DNA of 63,988 nucleotides, counting the filler, from Octopus bimaculoides (taxonomy: Eukaryota): the NCBI RefSeq assembly GCF_001194135.2. It is 6 parts of 6 records of this genome, joined end to end, with 100 filler letters (N's around TTAATTAATTAA, not from the genome) between each part and the next. Parts side by side here need not be neighbours in the genome. Positions count along the whole stretch, not along the records: positions 37,261 to 51,815 come from NC_068988.1; positions 51,916 to 58,672 come from NC_068989.1; positions 58,773 to 62,368 come from NC_068995.1; positions 62,469 to 63,988 come from NW_026303129.1; 2 more parts are not named here. The stretch is one strand, 5' to 3'. The notes under the pieces are model-generated. The model was not told where the DNA came from and did no database searches. It saw only the letters and a list, made by a program, of their open reading frames with translations. Shown here piece by piece: positions 50,816 through 63,270 of the stretch. The position numbers were made by a program, and so were the translations under genes. How positions within the stretch are numbered: the stretch's first letter is position 1; each line of letters begins with the position of its first letter.

Positions 50816-51462
50816 AATATATGTATATGCATGTATATCTATGAAATTCAGTTGAGCGTGATTATGGAGTAGATTTAGCTGATTTCTTTTAAAGGGCATT
50901 AGAAAAAAACACTGAGAAATAGAACAGTAGTTTAAGAAGTGCTGAGGGAACCAGGGATTGCTCCATCATGAATTTAGTAGAGAAAGGCCAAATATGAGAT
51001 TGAAATACATTAGCAGTAATTATCAGAGCAAAACATTCACTGAGTGACTAGTTTTGTAAAATGGATCATGACTATCAAGTGAAAAAATAGTGTGCTACGG
51101 CGTCGGCCAACACAACATGATATTCCTTGTAGCATCCATGTAATAGGAAATACAAAAAATTCCACTGGCAAAGTATCGGTCATGCTGGTGAGGAAACAGA
51201 AGACAGTTGTTCGAGTTTCCGGACAGTAGGACCGAAAGCATAAAAAAGATGGACGTGAGCGAACTTCTATACCAAGTAGATATATCACGATGTCTTGTAA
51301 GCAAGTAATTCTCCTACAGAAGAACATGATGGATAAAATAAAGGCGACTCACTACTACCCACATATTTAAAAACGTTTATATATTAATATGAAAATTTCT
51401 CTTATACACAAACAAACACATATATACGTGTGTGTGTGAGTGTGTGTACGTACGTACGTATG

Positions 51463-51493
<31 letters not shown>

Positions 51494-52002
51494 ATATGTA
51501 TGTATGTATGTATGCATGCATTTATGTATGTATGTATGTATGTATGTATGTGTGTATGTATATATGTATGCATCTACTTGTCAATCTTATCTATGTATAC
51601 ATCAATACAGGTACATGCGCTCACACAAACACACACACACATATACACGCATATGTATCTATACATATACACATATACTGAGATATATATGAAGATATAT
51701 TTATAGATACATATTTACATATATATAATATATATATATATATACACACACACACATATATATATACACACACATATATATACACGTGTATATATATATA
51801 TATATATATATATATNNNNNNNNNNNNNNNNNNNNNNNNNNNNNNNNNNNNNNNNNNNNTTAATTAATTAANNNNNNNNNNNNNNNNNNNNNNNNNNNNN
51901 NNNNNNNNNNNNNNNACCCAAAATTGTTGGCCTTGTGCCAAAATTTGAAACAAATATTACTAAAGGTGGCGAGCAGGCAGAATCATTAGCACTGAAGGTT
52001 AG

Positions 52003-52165
52003 AGGCCCAACCTTCCGAGTTCTTTTACAGAGCTTAGAAAAACTGAAGGACCGCTGCAACAAGTGTGTGAATCTGAAAGAGGAATGTGTTGAATAAAACC
52101 ATAATTAATTGATCCTCCTGTATTTTCTTTTACATAAAGCCAGGAACTTTTCAACGCCCCCTTCG
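52003..52165. mobile_element. Partial copy of the mariner-derived MITE at 2623-2828
   Basis: Inverted match to 2623-2780. Internal LEKLKDRCNKCVNLKEECVE* resembles the mariner C-terminus KLxxRWxKCxxxxGxYVE. Confidence 0.75.
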
Positions 52166-52189
52166 TATGCTCAATAGTCACAGATGACA

Positions 52190-53030
52190 ATAGAGGAGAG
52201 AAACGACTGGTGGAACTAAATATGTTCCTTCAAAAACAGAAATACCCACCAAAAGTTAATAAATCATGCCGCAATCAAAGTAAAAGAAATCCCAATTTAT
52301 ACTTACGAAGAGACGCTCATGCTAAAGGTGAAAACGAAGATGCAAATATGGATAATCCATTTGTAGTCACCCACAATCCTAGAAACTACATCCTACATTC
52401 AGCCAAACGATACCACCCAATTTTATATCAAATAATCTCCGATAGATAATTTAAAATTATAAATCATCAACTGCCGAAAACAACCACCAAATCTCAAGAG
52501 ACTTCTAACAAAATCGAGATTCATACCGGAGAAAGGAATAATACAAGTAACAAACTGTGGAGACCCTCGCCGTGAGACATATGAAATAATTGAGCAAGGA
52601 ACAACCAAAAGATTCAAGAATGTGAAGGAATTGAAAATGAATGAAAACATAAATTGCAACATAAAAAAATATATAATCTACTGCATCACATGCCTACAAT
52701 GCGATAACAATTACATTGGAGAAACAGAGACAAAAGTAACCAATTGTGTTCACGTGGTGTAAAGAACAAATTAAAGATTCATCGCTTAGAAATGCTCCAG
52801 GTGGTAATTATCTAGATGTGTATTGTATTTTTAAATATTCCTCTTTTCCAAAATATAAGATGAAATTGATCAACTACGAAAGACAAAAGAAGAATACTTT
52901 ATAAAAATTCTAAATCCGAACCTAAACCAGAAATAGTGAACACCATTACAAAAAAACAGCTTCCTCTTTATACATTAGCCCGGAACACGTATGCTTGAAA
53001 AGCTGAAAAACGAAAGCGCTTACACATAAA
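52190..53030 (+). mobile_element. Penelope-like element 3' fragment (GIY-YIG endonuclease, decayed)
   Basis: PFVVTHNPR...RQPPNLKRLLTKSRF...NINCN.KNIIYCITCLQCDNNYIGET...KEEYFIKILNPNLN, the PLE GIY-YIG signature with frameshifts. Confidence 0.85.
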
Positions 53031-53630
53031 ATGCACACAAGACGTAAAATATAAACTATATAACTTCTTCCACAAAAGTTAGTGACATTTTGATAAATGA
53101 AAGAGAAAAATTTTTAATAGTTAATAACTTTTAGAAAAGTCTTTTTCTAATTAATGCAACTGTCGCGAGTAATTTTTGCAAAAGCTTTTGAATATGTGTG
53201 TGCCTGCATATATATATATGTGTGTGTGTGTGTGTGTAAGAATAGATATGTATTCCCCTGTACTCTATTATGTGCTTTCCTCATCAGGCTTTTTCTCTTT
53301 CTCTTTTCTTCTTGATTGTATTTATTTATTTATTTATTTTATTTACTCCTTTTCATACTGTCTAGTTCAGCCTTTCCATTCTTTCCCTTTTCTTTAATTA
53401 CAATTATCGTGATTCTTTCTCTTCTTTTTCTTCTTTTCTTCTTCTTCTTCCTCCTCTTTCCCTTTCTCTATGTTTATACACTCTTTTGTCTTTTCTCTTT
53501 TCCTTTCTCTTGTTTCTTCCTATCTCTTCATCTTTCCCTGTCTTAACTTTCTTTCTGCTTCCCTTACACAATAATTGAAAAATGTCTCGTCATCTATCCA
53601 ACTCCAGACAATATTTCTCTGTAAAATAAT

Positions 53631-53826
53631 ACTTTCTGTTATAGGCACGAGGCCTGAAATTTTACGGGTGGGGACTAGTTGCTTACATCGACACCGGTAC
53701 TCAACTGGTACAAATGGATGAAAGGCAAAGTCGACTTCGGCAGCATTTGAACTCAGAACATAAAGACAGACGAAATGCCGCTAAACATTTTGCCCGGTGT
53801 GCTAACGATTCTGCAGGTTTGCCACT
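53631..53826 (-). mobile_element. SINE family C with a 20-bp TSD
   Basis: Direct repeat atatttctctgtaaaataat at 53611-53630 and 53827-53846. Confidence 0.9.
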
Positions 53827-54015
53827 ATATTTCTCTGTAAAATAATGCAATAAAGTGTTCCCTGATGATCCATTACAGTTAAGCAACCAGTTGCCCCCAG
53901 AACATCCAATGCAGTATACCAAGCAACCACAATGGTGAGACGAACGTAAGAGCAAAAGATATAAACTGGTGTTTATCGTAGTTTCTCCTATATTTGCTCT
54001 GTATTTCATAACTAC

Positions 54016-54395
54016 AGGACCCCTTCGGGCACGAATGACCATAGGGTTGCACCTAGAAAGTTACCTTCCCAGGCACAATTCCTGGGCAAGGTTGTTTATG
54101 GGCAAGGTTGTTTATGGACAAGGTTGTTTATGGACAAGGTTGTTTAAGAAAGACCAGCAGTTGACCATGCATACCGACCTCTCCTCTCCAAGCCACCGAT
54201 GTTATCCAAGGGAAAGGTAAAGGCCAATACAGTTTGGCACCAGTGACGTTGCAACTCATTTCTACAGCTGATGAACTGGGCAACGTGAAATAAAGCGTCC
54301 TGCTCAAGAATACAACACACATCTCGATAAGGGAATTGAACCCACTACCTCATGGTTATGAGTCCCACGCTCTAACCACTGAACCAAGCGCCTTC
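54016..54395 (-). mobile_element. SINE family B2 with an internal 16-bp x4 expansion
   Basis: Reverse-complement match to 9354-9699; gg(g/a)caaggttgttta(t/a) x4 at 54084-54147. Confidence 0.9.
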
Positions 54396-54553
54396 ACTAT
54401 ATATAGTAGTTGTTTACCAAATTCACTAGAAGCAAACAGGACGATGATAATCTACATAGAGTTCTGAACTTAACAATAGCTGTCATACGTCTATTTGTAT
54501 ACACAAGATGCACTATATATGTGTGTATGTATTTACATACTTATGTATGTATA

Positions 54554-54735
54554 CCATCATCATTTTATGTCCATGTGCCATGCTAGTACATAAACATTAA
54601 ATGTACATTGGTGGGATCCAATGAGTCTGAAGACTGCATCATGTTCCAGTATCTACTTTGGCAAGGATCCAGCGGTTGGACGCTCTTCCTAACGCCAACT
54701 TTACAGTGTTTATTGCATATTTTCGTGTTACCAGT
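54554..54735 (-). mobile_element. SINE family D relic
   Basis: ccagcggttggacgctcttcctaacgccaac is the reverse complement of the family D domain; catcatc tail. Confidence 0.6.
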
Positions 54736-54924
54736 TCTAGTGAATTTGCAATACCGCTTGCGAGATTAAGATCCATTTCGGTTGAAGTGGGCAACAACAG
54801 AGGAAGAGGCGGCTTTACGCTAGGATGCTAGGAGGTGAAGGGTTATAGTGTAAGAGAAAGGGTAGAACAGAACAGGTTTGTTGATGCAGAAAAGCTTCAA
54901 AGCTATTTACATCATAGAAGAGAG

Positions 54925-54972
<48 letters not shown>

Positions 54973-55376
54973 CCAGACAGACAGACAGGCAGGTAGACAG
55001 GTAGACAGGCAGACAGGCAGGTAAGTAGGCAGGTGGGTAGGTAGATGGATGAGTGGATGGATGGGTGGATACATACGTACATACATACATACATACATAC
55101 ATACATACATACATAGATACATACATACATACATACATACATACATGCATGTATTTATATGTGCATGAGCATATAACATCTGTTTGAAACATGAAAGTTT
55201 GCGTAATTAGGGAATGGCTAAAATACAAAATATATTTTCAGTAAACCATAAGTAAAACTTTAATTAGAAGATTCATTTAAAATGTGATATAAATATAGAA
55301 TAAACAATACGAGCATTGACTCTTCATCTGTAAATATTCTTTAAAAATAACCAATTATTTTCTGAAAATATTCTTC

Positions 55377-55449
<73 letters not shown>

Positions 55450-55629
55450 CGTGCGTGTGTGTATAGATAGATAGATAGATAGACAGCCGGACGGACAGAC
55501 AGACAGACAGATCGATATGCGTGTCTATGTGCGTATGTATGTATATGTATATATACAAATGTTTGTCTTTATGTTACTTATATCTAAAAAGAATTTGACA
55601 TCAACCAAAAGGGCTACTCTATACATTTT

Positions 55630-55830
55630 ACTATACTCTTTTACTTGTTTTAGTCATTTAACTGCAGCCATGCTGGAGCACCGTCTTTAGTCGAGAAAAT
55701 CGACCCCAGGACTTATTCTTTGTAAGCCTAATACTTATTCTATTGGTCTCTTTTTTTGCCGAACCGCTAAGTTACGGGGACGTAAACACACCGGCATCGG
55801 TTGTCAAGCGATGGTGGGGGAACAAACATA
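55630..55830 (-). mobile_element. SINE family A, 3' module
   Basis: Reverse-complement match to 50590-50815. Confidence 0.85.
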
Positions 55831-56756
55831 TTTATTAACATTTATAAGAAAAAAATTCATTGAACTGTGCTTTACTTCTTCCTTTGTGGTTTCCTATTAT
55901 ATTTGGCAAGTTATTTTATATGCATGCATATATTTCTAAGGCTGGCTGAATCCTAAACAAAAGCTAAATCCAACATCACACCAAAATAGCACTCCTCACC
56001 ATAAATTTCTACCAACCTAAACCCTACCAACGCGTTCCTGTTACCATCCTCTATCCTTCTTTCCGACAAAACTACAGCCCCGACCTAATTACGAATGACG
56101 TATCTCCACCTATCCCCTACGTCCTACTCCCCCATCCCTCACACACCCACCTCAAAAATAAACAACTTTTCAAAGATTGTAAAGATAAATAGAACCCAAA
56201 TACATACATACACACAGATAAATGTGTGTGTATGTATATGTGTGTCTGTCTGTCTGTGTGTATCTGTGTGTGTGCGCGCACGCACATACTCGCACGCATG
56301 TAATAGACACAGACGAAGGTTAAAATGTTTACTTTGCAGCCTTGAAGTCCCGGGTTCGATCCCACTGCGTGGCATTTTGGGGCAATGATTTTTTTCTACA
56401 AGCATGAATCATATTTTCTGAATGAAACTGAAAAGACGGAAACTATAAGGAAACCCGTTGGATAGATTGTGGTGGTAATTCAACAGGTACAAGTGTTGTC
56501 ACACACTGTGATACACTGATTCTGCCCAAGAATTACGTTAAAGACACTTGTGCTTATGGAATACTCAGTCACAAGTTAATTCAGAAGCAGATATTACAGT
56601 TGATCTAACGACTGGAACCCCGTCGTCGAACAAAGGTAATTTCCAATATATCTTTTTCTTTATAATGTGTGTGTGTATGTGTATGTGAGAGTGCGTCTGT
56701 GGGTGGGTGGGCGCGCGCGTTTGTGTATACATATACACATATATACACACTCCTAC

Positions 56757-56798
<42 letters not shown>

Positions 56799-57229
56799 NN
56801 NNNNNNNNNNNNNNNNNNNNNNNNNNNNNNNNNNNNNNNNNNNNNNNNNNNNNNNNNNNNNNNNNNNNNNNNNNNNNNNNNNNNNNNNNNNNNNNNNNNN
56901 NNNNNNNNNNNNNNNNNNNNNNNNNNNNNNNNNNNNNNNNNNNNNNNNNNNNNNNNNNNNNNNNNNNNNNNNNNNNNNNNNNNNNNNNNNNNNNNNNNNN
57001 NNNNNNNNNNNNNNNNNNNNNNNNNNNNNNNNNNNNNNNNNNNNNNNNNNNNNNNNNNNNNNNNNNNNNNNNNNNNNNNNNNNNNNNNNNNNNNNNNNNN
57101 NNNNNNNNNNNNNNNNNNNNNNNNNNNNNNNNNNNNNNNNNNNNNNNNNNNNNNNNNNNNNNNNNNNNNNNNNNNNNNNNNNNNATATAAAGGCGACTCG
57201 AGTTTCAGGGCTATTTCCCTTCGTCATGT

Positions 57230-57274
57230 CCGGTATGACAGACTTTAACAGACTGTTAAAGTCTGTCATACCGG
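57230..57274. repeat. Perfect palindrome: 22-bp arms, 1-nt spacer
   Basis: ccggtatgacagactttaacag-a-ctgttaaagtctgtcataccgg. Confidence 0.95.
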
Positions 57275-57467
57275 CCATCTATTTTTATTTTATTTTATTT
57301 TATATTATATATTGTATATTCCATATTCTATACCCCACATTGGTACTGCAGGAATATAAATAAAACATAAAAAACAGACAGTGTTGGAACTCTTTTAAAC
57401 AAAATAATATATTCCTCTATACACAATCATACAAAAAAAAACCTTTTTTGTATTTATTTTTACTCGC

Positions 57468-57529
<62 letters not shown>

Positions 57530-57796
57530 ACAGACATATATGTATATGTATATATATATGTATGTATGTATATATTGTTTTGCAGGAAGTTTATCATCTG
57601 TTTATTATCTTCAAAAATATGTCCACACACACATACTCACACACACGCACAAACTCACACATGCACACACGCACACACTCACAAACGCACACACTCACAC
57701 ACTCACACACTCACACACTCACACACACCACACGCTCACACACTTACACACGCGCGTACTCACACACGCACACCACACATGCATACACGCACGCGT

Positions 57797-57836
<40 letters not shown>

Positions 57837-58379
57837 TCGCACATGCCGACGCTTTGTAATTTCACTTACCACATTAGTGAATTCAGCTAGCAATTATTTT
57901 TTTTTTCATTATTTTCCTTCTATAAGTATTACATCGAAAATAAATGTCTTATAAATATTATATTGTGTGTTTCTCATAAATATTATACTGCACACTATGT
58001 GAGAAGGCATATGCATTGACCAGTGGTTAAGCTGTTGGACTCACAATCATGAGTTTGAATCTGGTCTGGATGATGTATGGCGTTCTTGCGCAAGGTGCTT
58101 CATTTCGCCCTGCTGGTCAACTCAGTAGCCGCGTGCTGGTGCAGCCACCTCTTTCATTGGCTACCACTCTGCTTCTCAAACCGCCCGGGAAAAATTTCAC
58201 TTGCCATCTTATGCTAAGATGCTTGTTAGCGAGCAACAATAGCAATAACAACGTGAACATCAGTAACAGCAATATCAACAGTAATATTGATAATAATCCC
58301 CTTTACTATAAGCATAAGGCCTTAAATCGACCCCAGTACTTCACTGATACTTATTTTATCGACCCCAAAACAATGAAAG

Positions 58380-58637
58380 CAGGTGCCTTAGGTATAATAA
58401 AAAAATATTCAGACAAATACATAACAAAAACACCAGGACTTACAAATATATATAGGGGTCTTATACAGCTAGAAAACTATTATAAAATAACCACCATAGG
58501 ACTGCAAAAATACCTACTCCAAAAGCAAGGGAAACTAATACAAATAGCCACAAAACACGAGCAAAACAAAAAGCTGTTTTCAGTATCTAAGGAAGCTGAC
58601 AAATACAAACAAGAAATCAATCTACCTAACAAATACG
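58380..58637 (+). mobile_element. Rearranged R4-clade fragment
   Basis: GALGIIKKYSDKYITKTPGLTNIY (REL C-terminus) fused to RGLIQLENYYKITTIGLQKYL (post-RT region). Confidence 0.7.
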
Positions 58638-58774
58638 AAGAAGAAGAAGAAGAAGAAGAAGAAGAAGAAGAANNNNNNNNNNNNNNNNNNNNNNNNNNNN
58701 NNNNNNNNNNNNNNNNTTAATTAATTAANNNNNNNNNNNNNNNNNNNNNNNNNNNNNNNNNNNNNNNNNNNNTA

Positions 58775-58806
<32 letters not shown>

Positions 58807-59247
58807 CCGATGCATGCATATTTATGCAGACATACATGCACACACGGACACACAGAGACTTACACCCTGAGATATAAATGTACATATATCTATATATATC
58901 ATTTAATGAGTTGAAGAATTATATGCGAACTATTTCAAGTTTCGAGGTCGGAGAGTGCAGTGATTGAACGGACTTGCATAACGTATCCTGCATGTTAAAG
59001 CATCCGTTCAGGCTCAAATAACCTGCCAACTCTGTGAGGAAATTTGAAATAAGGGGGAGAGTAGCGGAGAATACCTTAAGGGAAAGGGGTGGAAGAATTT
59101 TTATGTCCATCTTATCTGTTAAATGAAGAATATCCTAAATGTCGACATCTCATATCTGAAAAACCACAAGTATAAATAAATAAAACCAAAACCCAAGATC
59201 ACTGCTACTAGTGGCATCATGTGTCTGATCCTCTATCTATATATATG

Positions 59248-59460
59248 TGTGGGCTAAACATAGAGGAGACAAACAAGGACAGACAACGGGATTAAGTCGA
59301 TTACATCGACCCCAGTGCGTAACTGGTACTTAATTTATCAATCTCGAAAGGATAAAAGGCAAAGTAGACCTCGGTGGAATTTGAACTCAAAAAGTAACGA
59401 CAGGCGAAATACGGCCAAGCATTTCGCTCGGTGTGCTAACGTTTCCGCTAGCTCGCCACC
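59248..59460 (-). mobile_element. SINE family C, full length
   Basis: Reverse-complement match to 10144-10370 including the tail. Confidence 0.9.
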
Positions 59461-59463
59461 TTC

Positions 59464-59513
<50 letters not shown>

Positions 59514-60382
59514 ATATATATANNNNNNNNNNNNNNNNNNNNNNNNNNNNNNNNNNNNNNNNNNNNNNNNNNNNNNNNNNNNNNNNNNNNNNNNNNNNNN
59601 NNNNNNNNNNNNNNNNNNNNNNNNNNNNNNNNNNNNNNNNNNNNNNNNNNNNNNNNNNNNNNNNNNNNNNNNNNNNNNNNNNNNNNNNNNNNNNNNNNNN
59701 NNNNNNNNNNNNNNNNNNNNNNNNNNNNNNNNNNNNNNNNNNNNNNNNNNNNNNNNNNNNNNNNNNNNNNNNNNNNNNNNNNNNNNNNNNNNNNNNNNNN
59801 NNNNNNNNNNNNNNNNNNNNNNNNNNNNNNNNNNNNNNNNNNNNNNNNNNNNNNNNNNNNNNNNNNNNNNNNNNNNNNNNNNNNNNNNNNNNNNNNNNNN
59901 NNNNNNNNNNNNNNNNNNNNNNNNNNNNNNNNNNNNNNNNNNNNNNNNNNNNNNNNNNNNNNNNNNNNNNNNNNNNNNNNNNNNNNNNNNNNNNNNNNNN
60001 NNNNNNNNNNNNNNNNNNNNNNNNNNNNNNNNNNNNNNNNNNNNNNNNNNNNNNNNNNNNNNNNNNNNNNNNNNNNNNNNNNNNNNNNNNNNNNNNNNNN
60101 NNNNNNNNNNNNNNNNNNNNNNNNNNNNNNNNNNNNNNNNNNNNNNNNNNNNNNNNNNNNNNNNNNNNNNNNNNNNNNNNNNNNNNNNNNNNNNNNNNNN
60201 NNNNNNNNNNNNNNNNNNNNNNNNNNNNNNNNNNNNNNNNNNNNNNNNNNNNNNNNNNNNNNNNNNNNNNNNNNNNNNNNNNNNNNNNNNNNNNNNNNNN
60301 NNNNNNNNNNNNNNNNNNNNNNNNNNNNNNNNNNNNNNNNNNNNNNNNNNNNNNNNNNNNNNNNNNNNNNNNNNNNNNNNNN

Positions 60383-60441
<59 letters not shown>

Positions 60442-60571
60442 ATACACACATCACGTACATGTACAGGTAGACTAATGTATATATATTGAGCTGAGACTAG
60501 CCGTCATTTTTTCGAAGACTATACACATTGTTCTGTATGTTTAAATCCTTTTGCCCTGAGAATTCCTCTCA

Positions 60572-61060
60572 TGTAGACGCACGGTGCTTAGATAGGCACG
60601 GGTATCTAGTAGTAGACGTGAAACGTTTGGGATGGGTGCCGGAACTACTAAATCACGTGTTTTTTAATATACTGTACTTCGTCAGTGCTACATGGCCGGT
60701 GACCGTATACTAACGAAATCTTACTGCCAACTATATATAAAATAACTGCGTTATTTCGGACACTGATATCCCTGAATACCAGCAGGCTTATTTATAAGAA
60801 TATATTAGCAACAGAAGGAATATTAATACAGAAAGGCAATTGTTATATCGAACTGAATGTGTATGTGTTGTTAGAATGGCAAATATTGCAGTAATCGCTG
60901 ATTATATCGCAGATCTGGCTACCATGCAGTGTCCGGGCATCTGCTACTGAGGAAACACAGTATACAGAAATCACTTGATCTTGTAGATCTGGTAACTATT
61001 GCAGACGATTTTAGTCCTCTACGATATATACCTGGACATTCAAGCAGCGTGCATCTACAC
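60572..61060. mobile_element. Putative MITE with about 22-bp imperfect TIRs
   Basis: tgtagacgcacggtgcttaga versus the reverse complement of ttcaagcagcgtgcatctaca. No TSD recognised. Confidence 0.4.
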
Positions 61061-61504
61061 AAGAACATCTCCAGCGTGACTGCCACGCTATTAGATTGTC
61101 TAACAGTGCGTCAACGTTAAATTGGAGATAATGATTGATTTTGGTATCAATACCTCTTCTGTCGATAATATGTGTGTGTATGCATGTATGCATCTTTGTA
61201 TGTATGTATGCATGCATGCATGCATGTATGTATGCATGTATGTGTGTATATGTATATACATGTATGTATGCATGTATGTATGTGTGTATGTATATGCATG
61301 TATGTATACATACATATATGTATGTATGTATGCATGTATGTATAAATGCATGTGTGTTTATGTATGTATGTATGTATTATGAGTGTGTGTGTGTGTGTGT
61401 GTGTGTGTATTAGAGCGTTGATGATATATAAAAAATAGATCAGGTATTCTATGATAAATTGAAAGTACCTGAGTTTTGGAAAATCATCACCATGATTACA
61501 TAAT

Positions 61505-61779
61505 ACTTTGTCTCCTCCCTCTGCCCTTTCTACCGTTACTAAAATGGCTTCCTTTATTTGGAGCTGGTTGTCTCGTATCACCTCTATTGAAACACTCGTG
61601 CACCACTCATCACTCTTCTGTTCTTTCAGGAGCTTGCTTTGAAGATCTAACATAGTTGAGGAAGGGAAGAGTGATGAGTGGTGCACGAGTTTTTCAATAG
61701 AGGGGGTAAGTGACAACCAGCTCAAAATAGAGGAAGCCATTTTAGTAACGTTAGAAAGGGCAGCGGAAGGAGACAAAGT
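61505..61779. mobile_element. Foldback MITE-like element: 114-bp arms, 47-nt spacer
   Basis: 61505-61618 is the reverse complement of 61666-61779 with roughly 10% mismatches. Confidence 0.85.
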
Positions 61780-62169
61780 GTCGAAGGGATACAGTGTGGA
61801 GTGTGTGCGTGTGTAATGCTTTTGTCAAATTAGTATTACGGCCTTTTGTCCAATGCGATTCGTGGGGTTCGAATGCATAGTGACAGCACCGCCCTAGATA
61901 TAGGGACTGCGTTGGGTTGTGGGAGTCCCTTGAATTTGTAGGGAGTCACTTACTGTTGTTGTTAAAGTATTTTATGTCTTTGAAGTGACTGAACAGTTTT
62001 TGTGATGAAGCTTTCTTGTAAAGGTGAGGATGCAACATAAAAGTCGATTGAACAGACCCTGTTATATTTTTCTGTCTTCAGCTCTGGGACTCATCAGGCC
62101 GGTAACCTGGTTCAATGGCATATAATTAACCGAGAACAGCACATCTCCTGAAAGGGGCGTCGGTCCGCT

Positions 62170-62368
62170 GCAGGGTTCAAGATAAACGATTTTGAAGGGA
62201 GGGAACAAATCGATAACATCAACCAAGTACTTACTGGTACTTTAATTTATCAACCCCGAAAGGATGAAGGGCATGTTGACCTCAGCTGAGTTTGAACTCA
62301 GTACGCAAAGCACCGGAAGAAATACCGCTAAGTATATTTTGTCCGACGTTTTAACGATTCTACCAGCT
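62170..62368 (-). mobile_element. SINE family C
   Basis: Reverse-complement match to other C copies; truncated by a gap. Confidence 0.8.
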
Positions 62369-62469
62369 NNNNNNNNNNNNNNNNNNNNNNNNNNNNNNNN
62401 NNNNNNNNNNNNTTAATTAATTAANNNNNNNNNNNNNNNNNNNNNNNNNNNNNNNNNNNNNNNNNNNNC

Positions 62470-62605
62470 AAAAGAGAACGATAGAATAAGTACTAGGCTT
62501 ACAAAGAATAAGTGCTGGGATCGATTTGCTCGACTAAAGGCGGTGCTCCAGCATGACGACAGTCAAATGACTGAAACAGGTAAAAGAGTAAAAGAGAGTA
62601 AAGAG
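62470..62605 (+). mobile_element. SINE family A, 3' end
   Basis: gatagaataagtactaggcttacaaagaataag...gtaaaagagtaaaagag. Confidence 0.85.
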
Positions 62606-62940
62606 TCTTCACATTTTGGTAGAAATCTTTCTTTGTTTTCTGTGCGTTAGAGAAGACTAAAATAGCTTTAAATTTTCTGAAAATGCTCGTTTAACTAAGA
62701 TGCATTTTTTATTCAGTATCAGAGATAAAGAACACACAGGTGAATGCAATGTTTTAATTGGTGGTTATTTCTAACTGTGAATACTTTAAATAACTTAGAT
62801 TCTCACTCAAAGCTTTCAGTACATTATTTCGAAGCAGCGCTTCTTAAACGTCTTTCATTCATGACCCCATTTTTCATCACGAGATTTTTCACGACACCAC
62901 GTAGAAAATATGCGTTTGTGAAATAACATATATTTTCCTC

Positions 62941-63270
62941 TTGCGCCCTTTTAAAAGCCTGGCCTGGCTCATGGGTCCGGTTTCCCGGTTTCTATGGCGT
63001 ATGTGTTCCCCAACCCCAGCTGGACGGAACGCCAGTCCATCGCAGCGTTACTCAAGAAACAGGAAGAAAGAGTTAGAGAAAGTTGGGGCGAAAGAGTACA
63101 ACAGGAGAAGCTACCCCCCCCCCNNNNNNNNNNNNNNNNNNNNNNNNNNNNNNNNNNNNNNNNNNNNNNNNNNNNNNNNNNNNNNNNNNNNNNNNNNNNN
63201 NNNNNNNNNNNNNNNNNNNNNNNNNNNNNNNNNCCTCTGCCCTTACCACTGAGCCATTGCGCCTCCACGA
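62941..63270 (-). mobile_element. SINE with a family-E head and a different tail
   Basis: Head end ccactgagccattgcgcctccac as in family E. Tail (minus) gatggactggcgttccgtccagctgg...ttttaaaagggcgc is unlike the other E copies. Confidence 0.75.

Noticed and set aside
39830-60475. Long ORFs of 200-430 aa in the track (39830, 44066, 49876, 56565, 59315 and similar)
   Set aside because: They are open only because of N runs and dinucleotide or tetranucleotide repeats.
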